In this document: piece by piece, positions 26,601-37,029 of the stretch
Layout: the number at the start of each line of letters is the position of its first letter
How positions within the stretch are numbered: position 1 is the stretch's first letter
DNA from: Amoebidium appalachense
Taxonomy: Eukaryota > Protista > Ichthyosporea
DNA: 64,000 nucleotides
Assembly (NCBI GenBank): GCA_963693365.1
Contig: CAVNZM010000003.1
Span: 12,925,252 to 12,989,251, forward strand
Direction: 5' to 3'
The notes under the pieces: generated by a model
Told to the model about the DNA's origin: nothing
The model's input: only the letters and a program-made list of their open reading frames with translations
Database searches by the model: none
Program-made: the position numbers and the translations under genes

Positions 26601-27758
26601 TCAATCTTTGATGTGGGTCCACATGTACTTGGCCCTTATCTCCCGCCCATTAGGTATGTCGTGTGTGGCCACTAAGGCCACACGGATGGGTGTGTCTCTG
26701 GCGCGAGTGTATACATGTGTACAGGCCTGTCTGCGGGTGCCCTGGTGCGGCCAATGGCCGTTGCGCATAGCCAACGCCACAAACTTGACGTTGGGCCGCC
26801 GCAGGTTCTTGGGCACATCATCGCCCACACAACTGTTGATGGCAAACGCACAGTCCTCTCCACGCTCAATGATGGTCTTGATGTCCGATGCATCTATGAC
26901 ATATGCTGGGGCACCTGGGATCTGCAAAGCGTACCTCTTGCTACGAAGAGCACGGCCGTGTTCGTCTTTTGTCTCAAACTCATTCCGCGAAACAACCTCG
27001 CCGTCGTAGTACATGATACGGGTACCCTTTGGGATGAACTGCCGGGCAGTTGCAACCCACTGGCCTAGAACTGTTTGTGTTACCGTTACATACTCGCCAA
27101 TTACCTCGCTTCGCATGTCACCCTTTGTGTCTCCGTGGCTGGCTGGCCGTGTTGCATTGTATACGGCGCCTGGGCCACCAATACGACGCACAGCTTGTAG
27201 CTCTTTTTCCATTTCCATAATCTTCTTGTCGCGCTCTTCTATCCTCTGAACCAGTGGGCTTTTATGCCCCCTTGGAGGCCCACGCACCTTCCTTTGGCGC
27301 AGGCCCGGAAACCAACCCGAAGGTGACCCAGCCCTGATAATTTTTTGGATTTCAAAGTACTCCAAAATAGGTACAAGTGTGGGCTTGGGCAACAACAGCA
27401 GTCCTTGTTGGCTTGATTGTTCCAGTGGGCACGTAGCATGTCGAAAAGCAAATAAGTCCATGATGGGCACGTGTTTGGGCTTGGGCACCAACACTGGTCC
27501 TTGTTGGTTTGGGTGTTTCGGGTCTAGCTGTGCGAACAGAACGTCTGGTCTGTGCTTCTTGGGCAGGCAGGGGTGTTGGTTTTCGGTTTCCGACAGCCAC
27601 GCATCTGGTGACAGGGAGCGCTTTGCGGGCACGCATTGCGAAGCTGGTGAGTGCGGTCGAGGGGGAGGGGGGTGGTAAGGAAGGCATAGCTCGGTCTCCC
27701 ACTTTGCGAGGGTCTCCTGTGCAGTGTCCAGTAACTCCATTTTAGTGATGCGGGGCAC
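26601..27758 (-). CDS. SET-domain protein (putative lysine methyltransferase)
   Basis: VATARQFIPKGTRIMYYDGEV, FAINS...PNVKF, VALVATHDIPNGREIRAKY; low-complexity N-terminus. Confidence 0.8.
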   Translation of the reverse strand: MPRITKMELLDTAQETLAKWETELCLPYHPPPPRPHSPASQCVPAKRSLSPDAWLSETENQHPCLPKKHRPDVLFAQLDPKHPNQQGPVLVPKPKHVPIMDLFAFRHATCPLEQSSQQGLLLLPKPTLVPILEYFEIQKIIRAGSPSGWFPGLRQRKVRGPPRGHKSPLVQRIEERDKKIMEMEKELQAVRRIGGPGAVYNATRPASHGDTKGDMRSEVIGEYVTVTQTVLGQWVATARQFIPKGTRIMYYDGEVVSRNEFETKDEHGRALRSKRYALQIPGAPAYVIDASDIKTIIERGEDCAFAINSCVGDDVPKNLRRPNVKFVALAMRNGHWPHQGTRRQACTHVYTRARDTPIRVALVATHDIPNGREIRAKYMWTHIKD

Positions 27759-28281
27759 AGGCGACTGTGTTAACTAAAGAGTGTAGTGATCTGTCTGCCA
27801 GTAGCATCTGATGCGTGTGAAGGCTGGTGGGGTGGGTGTTTAACTGCTTTTCTATCGGCACGCTGTAAGGGAATGCTTTATGATTATATCCAGCCTCTTG
27901 TGAAGCCGTTGCTAGTCAATGTGACGAGTGTTTCCTATTATTGACAGACAAACCTTAAATAAGGCCATTACAAATTCGTAGATCCATGATCGTGATCTTG
28001 TGTAGATCAATCCCAAATTGAAGTTACCGGCATTTAGGGTCATATGGGTGCCAGTAAGGGCCAATCACCTTGTCAGATTGTTTTTTGGGATTAATAGCAT
28101 CTCGGTTTTAACCGATCCGAAACTAACAGAGATGCTGATCCACTTTGTTTAATGTATGACTTGATCTTTTGCTTTTGAGTGCATATGAAGTATGTAGTTG
28201 TATTTGTGCCTTTCAGCCGGCCTTTTGTCTTTTTTTCTGTACACGACTAATTGGTGCCGGTTTCAAGCACATGACCACACC

Positions 28282-31182
28282 ATGGCTACAGGGCCCCCTC
28301 TGCACATGCGCATGCACGCCACACATCATTTGGACCCGCTCAGCCATGCCCGCAGGCCGCCAGCCAGTAAAAAGGGCACCAACCCTGTGATGGTGTCTAA
28401 AGCATATGCGAAACAAGCACAAGCTGCCACACAAAAGCCGATCACCACTTCCCAATTCCCAGTTGAGCCACATAAAAACAGAAGCAGGAAAACATTCACT
28501 CTGCAGGTGCAGACAACCACGCCCAAGCCGCGTGAAAATGGACTAGCGCCAGTGCTCACTGTACAGGCACACACAGCCCCTCCAATGGTACCAGTGGCAC
28601 ACACAGGCACCCGCATACATTCGCAGAGGCCTACCCCCACCGTCTCAACACGTGTGTACATGGAGTTGGGGTCTTTGCCACCCACACCAGCAAATACCCG
28701 TCCCCACATTCCAGCCAGGCCACGGGCCAGCTCCCAGCCTGCCACAGCACGTGTGCAGACTGTGGCCCCTGAGAGGGCACCCTCGCAGCCTGCACTGGCC
28801 CAAAGGCACTGGCAGGCAGTTGCCGGCCCTCCTGCTGGGAAACCTGCACATGCCCCCAGAAAGCACGTTGATCCCCCTGGTCACCGTGTGCTGCCAGGGC
28901 CGACCGCACCTACGCCACCTGGACCTGCTATACAAGCACAGAGGCCACCAATAGTGGGCCCTGCTGGGCCTGCAGGCGGGCATGTATACGAGCAGGAATT
29001 CAAGGCCAGAAACCTGCGCACCAGCCAGACCATTGAAATGGTCTCACAGCTGAATCCATATTACGTCCAGAATGGGAAGGTATTTTTTATGAACATTGCC
29101 ACCGGCGAGAGCCGGGAGGTGGTGACCCGGGACAAAATCAGGGAGACTCTGCGCAGAGTGTGGTCGGATCCCAGCACGGGTAGCTTCAGGGGCCAGCGGT
29201 CACTGTTGGAAGTTGTGCAGCAAACGTATGTGGGCATCAACAAGCGAGATGTGGCGCACTTCCTGCGCAATCAGCAGGTGCACATACAGACAAACATTGG
29301 CCGGAAAAAGCCGGTGTTTTCCCCTTTGGTGCCCGAGGCCCCACGTGTGTGGTTGCAGATGGACTATGTCCTGATGTATTCCTCGCGTCTAAATGATACC
29401 AGCGACAGGGTAACCAACCTGCCCAGGAAGAACCAAGGGGCCACCAGACTGTTGAACATCATAGACATCTTTAGCAAGTATGCCTGGAGCTTTCCCATAC
29501 AAGTGGCAAGCACGGAGAAGGTGATAGAGTGTCTTAAGCAGGTGCTTGCTTTCTTGCAAGCAATTGAGGATGAGAATGCACGCGCGCGCGGGGATCCAGC
29601 TGGGGGACGTCTTGGTGTAATCAAGCTACAGACGGACAACGATGTGACCTTCAAGGACGAATTTGAGAAATGGTGCAAACAGAATGGTATACGAAACGCA
29701 TTCACAAGGTCGTATTCCCCGCGCGCCAATGGCGGGATTGAGCGATTCAACAAGTCTATTAAACGTCAGTTGTTTCAGTACATGTTGTACAACAAAACAC
29801 CGACATACCATGACAAGCTGGAGGATATGGTGTCTGCCTGCAACAATCTCACCCATATGACCACTGGTGCAAAGCCCATTGATGTTGTGTGCCTGGATCC
29901 TGCCTCCCCCCGTGACAGAGGCACTATAGAGGCTATCCGCAAACGCATAGCTGCACGTGCTGAGCAGATGGTGGAGAAGAGTCTCAAGCTTCTGAAGCTG
30001 GCGCCACTTGCTGTTGGGGACTATGTGATGGTGCGCGCAGATGTGCTGTATCGCCAGCTGCGCATGTTTTCGGTGTCCCAGTGCATCTCCTTCAAAATCC
30101 ATCTTTCGCGGTTGCTGTTCCGCATCCGCAAAGTACAGCCCAAAGACAAGTCGGTGGGGTGTGACCATGACAACTACTACCTCGATCTCTGGGTGGGGGA
30201 GCTGCCAAGAACCAGGAATACAGCGGGCTCCAACGTTGGCTTCATGGAGCTCAGGGATTCCAATGGAAAGGAGCTGCCATTCACGCGTGGTGACCTCACC
30301 AAAATAGAAGAACCGGGTGAATTCATGGGTGGGGTCGAGCCAGTAGTAGGCCCTCAAGAGCAGCAGCCTGACCAGCGCCTGTTTGACTGTGGCCCAGACG
30401 GCAAGGGCCCCTGCAAACCACGTGTGCGCAACGCCTATGCTCTCATGGGCTGGACCTCGCTAGAGCAACTGTTCAAGTATTCGTTTATTGGTGCAGGCCC
30501 CGCTGTTTCAGCGGACGGTGAGAAGAGCCTTGACATTGACCAAGTGAAGGCCATGAAGAATCGGAGGCTGTTTTCAATGCAACCGCGGGTCCCCCAGGCT
30601 CCTAGTGCACCAGTGGCACCGCACCCACCCCTGGTTGGTGTGGGTGAGCAGGGTGAAGGTAGAGCCACTGGCTTGGATGACGAAACAGACATTGGGCGAT
30701 TGGGAGACGAAGTGAACGATGGTGTTGACCGCACACAATACCCCCCCTGGCCACCTGAAACCCAAGTGCTTGAGAAGCTGGATGCCATGAAGAACCAGGA
30801 ACTCGCACAGCAAATACGTGAGACGAGGAACCCCGAGCCAGATGACAGGGTGCGTAGATACCCCCCATCCCGAATCCTGGCATTTGACTTTACAAATGAA
30901 ATGTGGGTTTGCAAACCAGTTGATAGCCACCTGCTGGGCGAGCTGTTGCTCCGCAACCCAGACGGCTCTGGCAAGGGACAAAAGCTAAATCTGACCACTG
31001 ACATATGCGAAAACCTTGATAGACAAACAAAAGAGTTCATGGTGTGGAGGCCCTTCAAAGATGGAGATCCCCAAGACGAGCTTCTGTGCAGAGACACTGT
31101 CCAAATGGGCCGCCATCGTGCTCCCCGCCAGCCACCACCCATTGAAGCGCCCCATCCAAGGAAACGGCGCAAGCATTCATAG
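28282..31182 (+). CDS. Retroviral-like DDE (rve) integrase of Polinton/c-integrase type, with long extensions
   Basis: YVGINKRDVAHFL; LQMDYV; IIDIFSKYAWSFPI; LQTDND; YSPRANGGIERFNKSIK; NNLTHMTTGAKP; C-terminal RKRRK NLS-like motif. Confidence 0.88.
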   Translation: MATGPPLHMRMHATHHLDPLSHARRPPASKKGTNPVMVSKAYAKQAQAATQKPITTSQFPVEPHKNRSRKTFTLQVQTTTPKPRENGLAPVLTVQAHTAPPMVPVAHTGTRIHSQRPTPTVSTRVYMELGSLPPTPANTRPHIPARPRASSQPATARVQTVAPERAPSQPALAQRHWQAVAGPPAGKPAHAPRKHVDPPGHRVLPGPTAPTPPGPAIQAQRPPIVGPAGPAGGHVYEQEFKARNLRTSQTIEMVSQLNPYYVQNGKVFFMNIATGESREVVTRDKIRETLRRVWSDPSTGSFRGQRSLLEVVQQTYVGINKRDVAHFLRNQQVHIQTNIGRKKPVFSPLVPEAPRVWLQMDYVLMYSSRLNDTSDRVTNLPRKNQGATRLLNIIDIFSKYAWSFPIQVASTEKVIECLKQVLAFLQAIEDENARARGDPAGGRLGVIKLQTDNDVTFKDEFEKWCKQNGIRNAFTRSYSPRANGGIERFNKSIKRQLFQYMLYNKTPTYHDKLEDMVSACNNLTHMTTGAKPIDVVCLDPASPRDRGTIEAIRKRIAARAEQMVEKSLKLLKLAPLAVGDYVMVRADVLYRQLRMFSVSQCISFKIHLSRLLFRIRKVQPKDKSVGCDHDNYYLDLWVGELPRTRNTAGSNVGFMELRDSNGKELPFTRGDLTKIEEPGEFMGGVEPVVGPQEQQPDQRLFDCGPDGKGPCKPRVRNAYALMGWTSLEQLFKYSFIGAGPAVSADGEKSLDIDQVKAMKNRRLFSMQPRVPQAPSAPVAPHPPLVGVGEQGEGRATGLDDETDIGRLGDEVNDGVDRTQYPPWPPETQVLEKLDAMKNQELAQQIRETRNPEPDDRVRRYPPSRILAFDFTNEMWVCKPVDSHLLGELLLRNPDGSGKGQKLNLTTDICENLDRQTKEFMVWRPFKDGDPQDELLCRDTVQMGRHRAPRQPPPIEAPHPRKRRKHS

Positions 31183-32106
31183 CGGCCGCGTGACTGGCCG
31201 TGTGGACAGTATTGCACCCAGTGGTGCAGCCACAGCCCGTCTAACCGCTGACCTGTGGGCCCGCAGCAAGCGTGTACGCACCGCACCAACGTCCAGTGCA
31301 GCCCCAGTGCCCGTCTGCAAGCATGGTGTGTCCACCATTGCTGCGGCAAAGTCAGCGACCTCGCTGTCCGTGAAGTTGAGGAACTGGGGTGCTAGTGCGC
31401 AAAATACACTCACTGCTGCGGATTGTGCCTGCTCCAGGCTCTCGAACTGCCCCAGCTTTGTCTCGTTCCCGCTGCCCATGTGGCTGGGATTGCACGCAAA
31501 ATACGCCTCAAACCATTTGCCGTGTCTGCGTACCCACTTCCCCCCTGTGTGTTTGGGCTTGAGCAGATTAAACCGAGCTGAGCGCACCACCAGCGCGCTT
31601 CTGCGGTTGTCATGTGGACCAAACCTGTGGTCTACATGCATGGCGCGTGCGACGGTGGGGGCCCTGTGGTCGTACATGACCAAGAGCTGGTGCAGCAGGG
31701 GGCCCTCGTACAGAGAAAGCTCCTGCCCCCCTAAGTACAGCCGCAGGTAGCCTGTGGGAGACTTGACCACACGCCCGCTTGGGCCCTTTGTCAGTTTGCA
31801 GTCAAGCACCAATGGCAGCCGCACCACCCAGGCCAGGTCACTGGGGTCTACCATAAAGTGCAAACCATCCACGATGAATTTGCCTGTAGATGTGTCTATG
31901 TTGCTGATCTTCCCGGGCCGCTCATATTGCACACACAAGGTGAGCCCGGTGTATTTGTCTGTGCGGGCCACCAACCTGAATGCTTTGTGCTGTGGGAATC
32001 GCCGCGCCCACCCCACCAGTCTCTCGGTGCTCTCTGTGAGCCCGTGACGCACCATGAGCCGGAACCATGCAGGCCAGCTCCTGGTATATTCAAGGCATGT
32101 GGGCAT
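31177..32106 (-). CDS. HNH endonuclease with AP2-like DNA-binding domain
   Basis: GYLRL...LLHQLL...HVDHRFGPHDNRRSAL...N; KWFEAYF...LGQFESLEQAQSA. Confidence 0.75.
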   Translation of the reverse strand: MPTCLEYTRSWPAWFRLMVRHGLTESTERLVGWARRFPQHKAFRLVARTDKYTGLTLCVQYERPGKISNIDTSTGKFIVDGLHFMVDPSDLAWVVRLPLVLDCKLTKGPSGRVVKSPTGYLRLYLGGQELSLYEGPLLHQLLVMYDHRAPTVARAMHVDHRFGPHDNRRSALVVRSARFNLLKPKHTGGKWVRRHGKWFEAYFACNPSHMGSGNETKLGQFESLEQAQSAAVSVFCALAPQFLNFTDSEVADFAAAMVDTPCLQTGTGAALDVGAVRTRLLRAHRSAVRRAVAAPLGAILSTRPVTRPL

Positions 32107-32184
32107 TGAAGTGTCGGAGGTGGTCCGTGTACCTATGCCAAATAAAAAATGCAAAACACCACACTCTGGCTACTCGGCAACCAT

Positions 32185-32526
32185 TCAGCTCTGATACATG
32201 GCACGGGCCTGTGTGTGGCTAATTTGCTTCTTTCCCAGGTGCTTGTTCAGAAAGTTGTGCACATCCACTAGCCAGCCCACCAGAGTTTCCCGTGTGCGCA
32301 ATCTGTTTTCGCTTAGCTGGAGCACCCCATGTGTAACCCCCCTTTTCCAGTGGTGCCGGCATTTTTCGCATGGCAGCACGTCAGCCAAATGCACAAAGAA
32401 CCGCTTGTAACGCTGCCGGCACAAACGGCATGGCCGTGTAGGGTAGCCCAGAGTTATTGCATGCAGTGCTGGCCACATGTGTTTGCCCCAGTGTTTGGAC
32501 ACAAGATTTGGTCTTTTCTTGCACAT
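32185..32526 (-). CDS. Erv1/Alr sulfhydryl oxidase (poxvirus E10-like)
   Basis: WGKHMWPALH...LPCEKCRHHW...WLVDVHNFLNKHLGK. Confidence 0.92.
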   Translation of the reverse strand: MCKKRPNLVSKHWGKHMWPALHAITLGYPTRPCRLCRQRYKRFFVHLADVLPCEKCRHHWKRGVTHGVLQLSENRLRTRETLVGWLVDVHNFLNKHLGKKQISHTQARAMYQS

Positions 32527-32676
32527 GTGGGTGTGAGTTGGGATGCTGCCAATAAAAACTGAAAACTGCACATACGCGCACACGCAATCCATGTGCAGCC
32601 ATTGGGTACCACACATCAAGCCATGTCATTTTCAAATTCCCGCTTTATTGGTGGCTTCATGTATGTTTGCACTGGT

Positions 32677-33171
32677 TTAGTTTAATGTGTGTGCACCAAC
32701 GCACATACGCTCTGCCAGATACAGGCTCCGCAGCACCACCTCTACGGTGGACTGTAGGGCGGAGGGGTCCACACTAGCAAGATCGCGGCTGTGTGTCTGG
32801 CAAAAGGCCGCCAGATGCCCTATCGCATCCGCCACACCCCGGAGCCCCTCTGCCCACTGAACCCGCAGCATGTTAGTGCACAGGTGTTGCTGTGCCTGTT
32901 CCAGGCAGTTGTCGATATGAGCAAGCCGACGCCGCACCAGGCTGTGTAAACCCTCCTCCTTTTCATCTTTGTCTTCATCTGACCCAGTCTCGCTACTGGT
33001 GTCTGTGTCGCTGCCTGTTGAAGCACATTCGCTGCATGTACTGTCGCTCTCGGTGTCTGAGGCAGATGTCTCGCTTTCGGTGTCCATGCTCTCCAGCATG
33101 TGCCAACGCAGGAGGGTGCGCTCTTCTGCAGCACGTGGCTTGTGGGTGCGCTTTCCGTTGCGAAGCTGCAT
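32677..33171 (-). CDS. Hypothetical protein (MQLRNGK N-terminus, acidic Ser/Thr tract)
   Basis: ORF with an ATG start that fills the gene slot. Confidence 0.6.
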   Translation of the reverse strand: MQLRNGKRTHKPRAAEERTLLRWHMLESMDTESETSASDTESDSTCSECASTGSDTDTSSETGSDEDKDEKEEGLHSLVRRRLAHIDNCLEQAQQHLCTNMLRVQWAEGLRGVADAIGHLAAFCQTHSRDLASVDPSALQSTVEVVLRSLYLAERMCVGAHTLN

Positions 33172-33238
33172 GACTGGTGGTCACCTATGCACAGAAAATT
33201 TCCGGCGCCAGCACCCAATATGCACAAGAGCTAGCATT

Positions 33239-34027
33239 TTAGTATATGCACGGGGCTAGCCGGTGATACCACTGTGCAGAATGTGGGTTTACCTGTCCTA
33301 CCTTGAACCACCTTCTGTTTCCTATTCCTCCTATAGCAGGTCCGTCCTTGTCACACCCCAGCCGGCCCCCATATCCTATCCACTCTTCTTTATCCAAGTC
33401 ACGCAGTACCGTGGGGACCCAAACTTTATCAGACCCAGTAACGTCGCTGACCACTCCCATTCCCCGCAACCACAGTCCCCCCTTTGGGTACATAGCGTGT
33501 GACCCGCGTGCGCAAAACACAACAGGCCTGCCATCCAGCCGCTTGACTACGTCTTGGTAAGGCACCCATTTACCCTCGATATCACCATGTGCGCTGTAAT
33601 ACATGCGCCGGGGCTCCTGGTGCCCGGCTGCAAACACAAGATCCACGAACTCCACATCCGCATTATGACAACCAATGTTGAACAGTGTGTACCCATCATT
33701 GTACGTGAAGAAGTAGACAAACATAAGATGAAGCTCGTTGTCTGTCACCCGGGCAGCATAATACACAGGCGCCGTATCGCTAGGTCCTGCCTCTTGTGGC
33801 AACGGTGCAATAGGCTCAAGGTATGTGTTGTATGATGAAGTCTGCCCCAGTTGATGTGCAGTGGGTTGGGCAACAACAAATGAGGGGTCTTCTATGTTTT
33901 TCATGTTGCAGAGAGCAAGGTAGCTTTCCAATGAGACAGGAAAATGTGTCTCTCCCTTGTGGAAGTGTAGCACTGGGCTAAACCGCACAGCCAGTGCTGC
34001 TGGGTCCCAACCACACGACTCCATCAT
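33239..34027 (-). CDS. Vps62-like (DUF946/NPP1-related) protein
   Basis: FSPVLHFHKGETHFP, YFFTYND, HNADVE, YYSAHG, RPVVFCARGSHAMY. Confidence 0.8.
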   Translation of the reverse strand: MMESCGWDPAALAVRFSPVLHFHKGETHFPVSLESYLALCNMKNIEDPSFVVAQPTAHQLGQTSSYNTYLEPIAPLPQEAGPSDTAPVYYAARVTDNELHLMFVYFFTYNDGYTLFNIGCHNADVEFVDLVFAAGHQEPRRMYYSAHGDIEGKWVPYQDVVKRLDGRPVVFCARGSHAMYPKGGLWLRGMGVVSDVTGSDKVWVPTVLRDLDKEEWIGYGGRLGCDKDGPAIGGIGNRRWFKVGQVNPHSAQWYHRLAPCIY

Positions 34028-34115
34028 ATTGAAATACGCAGAAAAAAATGGCTGACTTCTGCAGTGCGGTGTGTTCTCCGCCAATGAGCCACCTTGATAT
34101 AGCAGTCACAAAATC

Positions 34116-34611
34116 CCCCCCCCCCCCCCCCCCCTACTTCTTCACTTCTTCTTCTCCTCCCCCCCCCTCCCCACTCTTCTTCTCCCCCTTCTCCTTCCCC
34201 TTTCTTCTTTCTCCCCCCCCCCCCCCTCCCCTCCTTTCCCCTTCTTCTTTCTCCCCCCCCCCCCTCCCCTCCTTTCCCCTTCTTCTTTCTCCCCTCTCCC
34301 CTTGTCCTCGCACTTCCCCACTCTTCTTCCCCCCCTCCCCCCCCCCCTACTTCTTCACTTCTTCTTCTCCTCCCCCTCCCCCTCCCCTCCCCACTCTTCT
34401 TCTCCCCCCTTCTCCTTCCCCTTTCTTCTTTCTCCCCCCCCCTCCCCTCCTTTCCCCTTCTTCTTTCTCCCCCCCCTCCCCTCCTTTCCCCTTCTTCTTT
34501 CTCCCCTCTCCCCTTATCCTCGCACTTCCCCACTCTTCTTTCCCCCCCCCTCCCCCCTTCTCCTTCCCCTTTCTTCCTCCCTCCCTCCCCCCCCCCCTCC
34601 CCCCCTCCCCC
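34116..34611. repeat. Polypyrimidine low-complexity tract with an internal duplication of about 212 bp
   Basis: CTACTTCTTCACTTC at 34134 and 34347; CCTCGCACTTCCCCACTC at 34306 and 34518. Confidence 0.85.
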
Positions 34612-34703
34612 TGGAACTTCTGTGTGTTCAAGTTGTTGTTTGTGCCCGAGCATATTGAGCAATTTGTTTGTTGTTTGTTGTTTTTATTTTGCTCTCATTG
34701 TGT

Positions 34704-35111
34704 CTAGGCCCCGCCCAGCACAGCCAACACAAAGGCCAAGTCACAAGCCATGAAATGGCTGATACGCTGCACACGTGCAACCGAAGTCATTGGTACTGCA
34801 ACAAAGTCTGTGTCGTTCATGTTGACCAGATAGGAGCGACCGAAGACGTGCAGCAGCACCGGCACAACACAGCCCCGCAGGGGACGGTAACTGTAGTGTA
34901 CGTACTGTTCGAGTGCGGCCACATTGAAGTATACAAAATCGCGGTTGCACCACGGGGCCAGCTGGGCAAGCTGCAGCCTTACAAGGTCCCGGGTGCTTGC
35001 CGCACGCATAATCGCTGTGTGTAGCATGAGGCTGAGATAGAAAAGGTCGGTTGTGTATGCCGCTTCATCTTGCTGCATAGTGCCGGGGAAATCCTTGTTT
35101 GCTGGCTCCAT
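34704..35111 (-). CDS. Hypothetical protein
   Basis: ATG ORF preceded by a T9 tract, as at neighbouring genes. Confidence 0.55.
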   Translation of the reverse strand: MEPANKDFPGTMQQDEAAYTTDLFYLSLMLHTAIMRAASTRDLVRLQLAQLAPWCNRDFVYFNVAALEQYVHYSYRPLRGCVVPVLLHVFGRSYLVNMNDTDFVAVPMTSVARVQRISHFMACDLAFVLAVLGGA

Positions 35112-35124
35112 GCTTTTCGCACGG

Positions 35125-35526
35125 TCACAGAAAAAAAAACGTGTATTTGTCTACCAACGCTTCTTTGAGGTGCGAATATTTCAAAGTACGTGTGAGCAAC
35201 ATCAGCGCTGTAAGCCCGCTGCGTGGCCCAAATGTGTGGTCTGCACAGAAGGCTGGCACTGCTTCAACTGCAAGACCGTTGTTCTCCCACAGGCACCGAA
35301 ACTGCTCCTGCTCTTCGGATGGCATACGGCTCATGCCTCCGGCAGCTGTGTCTCTTCGCACCTTGGCCCACAGTTCGTCGTGCTCCTCCTCGGCATCTCG
35401 CTCAAAAAAACTAGGTGCCACGGATTCTCTCTTTTTGCGCACTGCGGCGTCTCTCTCCTCTTGTTTGCGCAATCTTTCCTGTGCAATTTCGGCCCTCCTG
35501 CGTTCCATGATAATTCTTTCGGCCAT
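35125..35526 (-). CDS. Hypothetical charged/coiled-coil protein
   Basis: MAERIIMERRRAEIAQERLRKQEE... ORF. Confidence 0.5.
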   Translation of the reverse strand: MAERIIMERRRAEIAQERLRKQEERDAAVRKKRESVAPSFFERDAEEEHDELWAKVRRDTAAGGMSRMPSEEQEQFRCLWENNGLAVEAVPAFCADHTFGPRSGLTALMLLTRTLKYSHLKEALVDKYTFFFL

Positions 35527-35757
35527 AGTCGGACATCTTTGCCGTTTTACTAGTGCGGTTGACAAACCGTAGCATGCTGCTTTTTGGTACCACCTTGACT
35601 GTCGGGGCCGTAGGCACGGATTTTTTGCCATTGGGCCCCGTGCGGCTGTGGTTGGATGCCATGCTGTTTTGTGTCTAGCAACAAAAAGTGTGTTTGTTGT
35701 GTCTGTGTGAGTGTGCTGTGCTGTTGTTTTATCGTGTCTACCTAGAAAGAGTTTGCA

Positions 35758-35973
35758 ATGTCTGGTGCCTCAAGTTTGCAACTACCGCCTGTCTGGGTTT
35801 TGCTGGTTCAGAGTATTGCTGTGTTGGGGAAGCTGTGTGCTACACTAGTGGCCTACAAGGATGTGAAAACAGCGGATTTGTTGAAAGTGCAATTGGTAAC
35901 CGATCTACTTGTGACGGCCGGAAGTCTGCTTGGTTTGGTCTATGTTTTGTGGCTGAGCCCGAAGCACCGATGA
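35758..35973 (+). CDS. Small two-TM membrane protein
   Basis: Two hydrophobic helices. Confidence 0.5.
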   Translation: MSGASSLQLPPVWVLLVQSIAVLGKLCATLVAYKDVKTADLLKVQLVTDLLVTAGSLLGLVYVLWLSPKHR

Positions 35974-36325
35974 AATTGGGTGAATGTGGTGCGTTATCGG
36001 CCAATCGGAATTCGGCTGGCCTGGGAATTGCCGGTCAGATCTGAATAAATCGATCGAGATTTGATTGGATGGCTGATGGATGCCACCGATTGACCAGCAT
36101 CGGCTGTCGGGAATCCTCTATTTTCATTGGCTAAAAATCACACAAATCAAGCTCCGCTTAGAGAATGCTTTGAAATGTATAGAGCTAATCTTGCCCGATA
36201 TAAGGTCTGAGATAAGTTCTCATGACGGTCCAAACAAACATCTTGACCTGCTTGCGCTAAAACGTTTAACATGTGTTGTGATATGTGATTTAAATAGTTG
36301 TTTCGTTACAACATACAGACAGTTA

Positions 36326-36952
36326 TCAGTTATGGAGAGAGTGCGGGGCAAGCATCCCACAGCTTGTCTGCATGTGACAAAAAAGCTTCCTGTGTTCACC
36401 CTGCCGGGGGCTCTCACTTGAAGGCCCCCCAAACCACTTTATCGTGTAGTGTGTGCTTGTCTGATTGGTGCAATAACCACCGAAAACAGCCCGCAAAATC
36501 GTATCTAAAAGTTGTATGTGGCCGTGTTGTGGGTTTCTAAGGAGCTCCTCAACCACCTCATAACCTTCCATGGTGGCCAAATCCCCAGCAGCTGTCGTGA
36601 CAGAAGCAAACACTCGAGCCCCCGAGAGCAGATCGATTGACACATGGCTCTCAACAGAGTGTAGTACAGTCTCCGTGGATGGAAACACACCCGCCACCAC
36701 CAGGTTGGCATAGAGCGGCAGCATCACCTGCACAGTTGAGTGCACACTTGCTTCCCGACGGGGGCAGCGGTCTAGCTGCTGGTTTATGACTAACAACAGA
36801 AAGGCACGGTGGAATACGATGTCGCCAATTAAACTGGGACAGGCCTCCAACAGGTCTACCATGGTTTGAAGAGCCAAGGCATCATCCGGGTGCTCTCCCG
36901 ATATGTCAGTTCCATGCACTTCGGGAAACATAGGAGCATTCAAAGTTGACAT
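36326..36952 (-). CDS. Hypothetical protein
   Basis: MSTLNAP... ORF preceded by a T8 tract. Confidence 0.55.
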   Translation of the reverse strand: MSTLNAPMFPEVHGTDISGEHPDDALALQTMVDLLEACPSLIGDIVFHRAFLLLVINQQLDRCPRREASVHSTVQVMLPLYANLVVAGVFPSTETVLHSVESHVSIDLLSGARVFASVTTAAGDLATMEGYEVVEELLRNPQHGHIQLLDTILRAVFGGYCTNQTSTHYTIKWFGGPSSESPRQGEHRKLFCHMQTSCGMLAPHSLHN

Positions 36953-37029
36953 TGTGTCCCTTACATACACTGCACAGAAAAAAAATAGCATTGTCAACTA
37001 TCATTAGCCCCAAAAACATAGGTTGCGAG

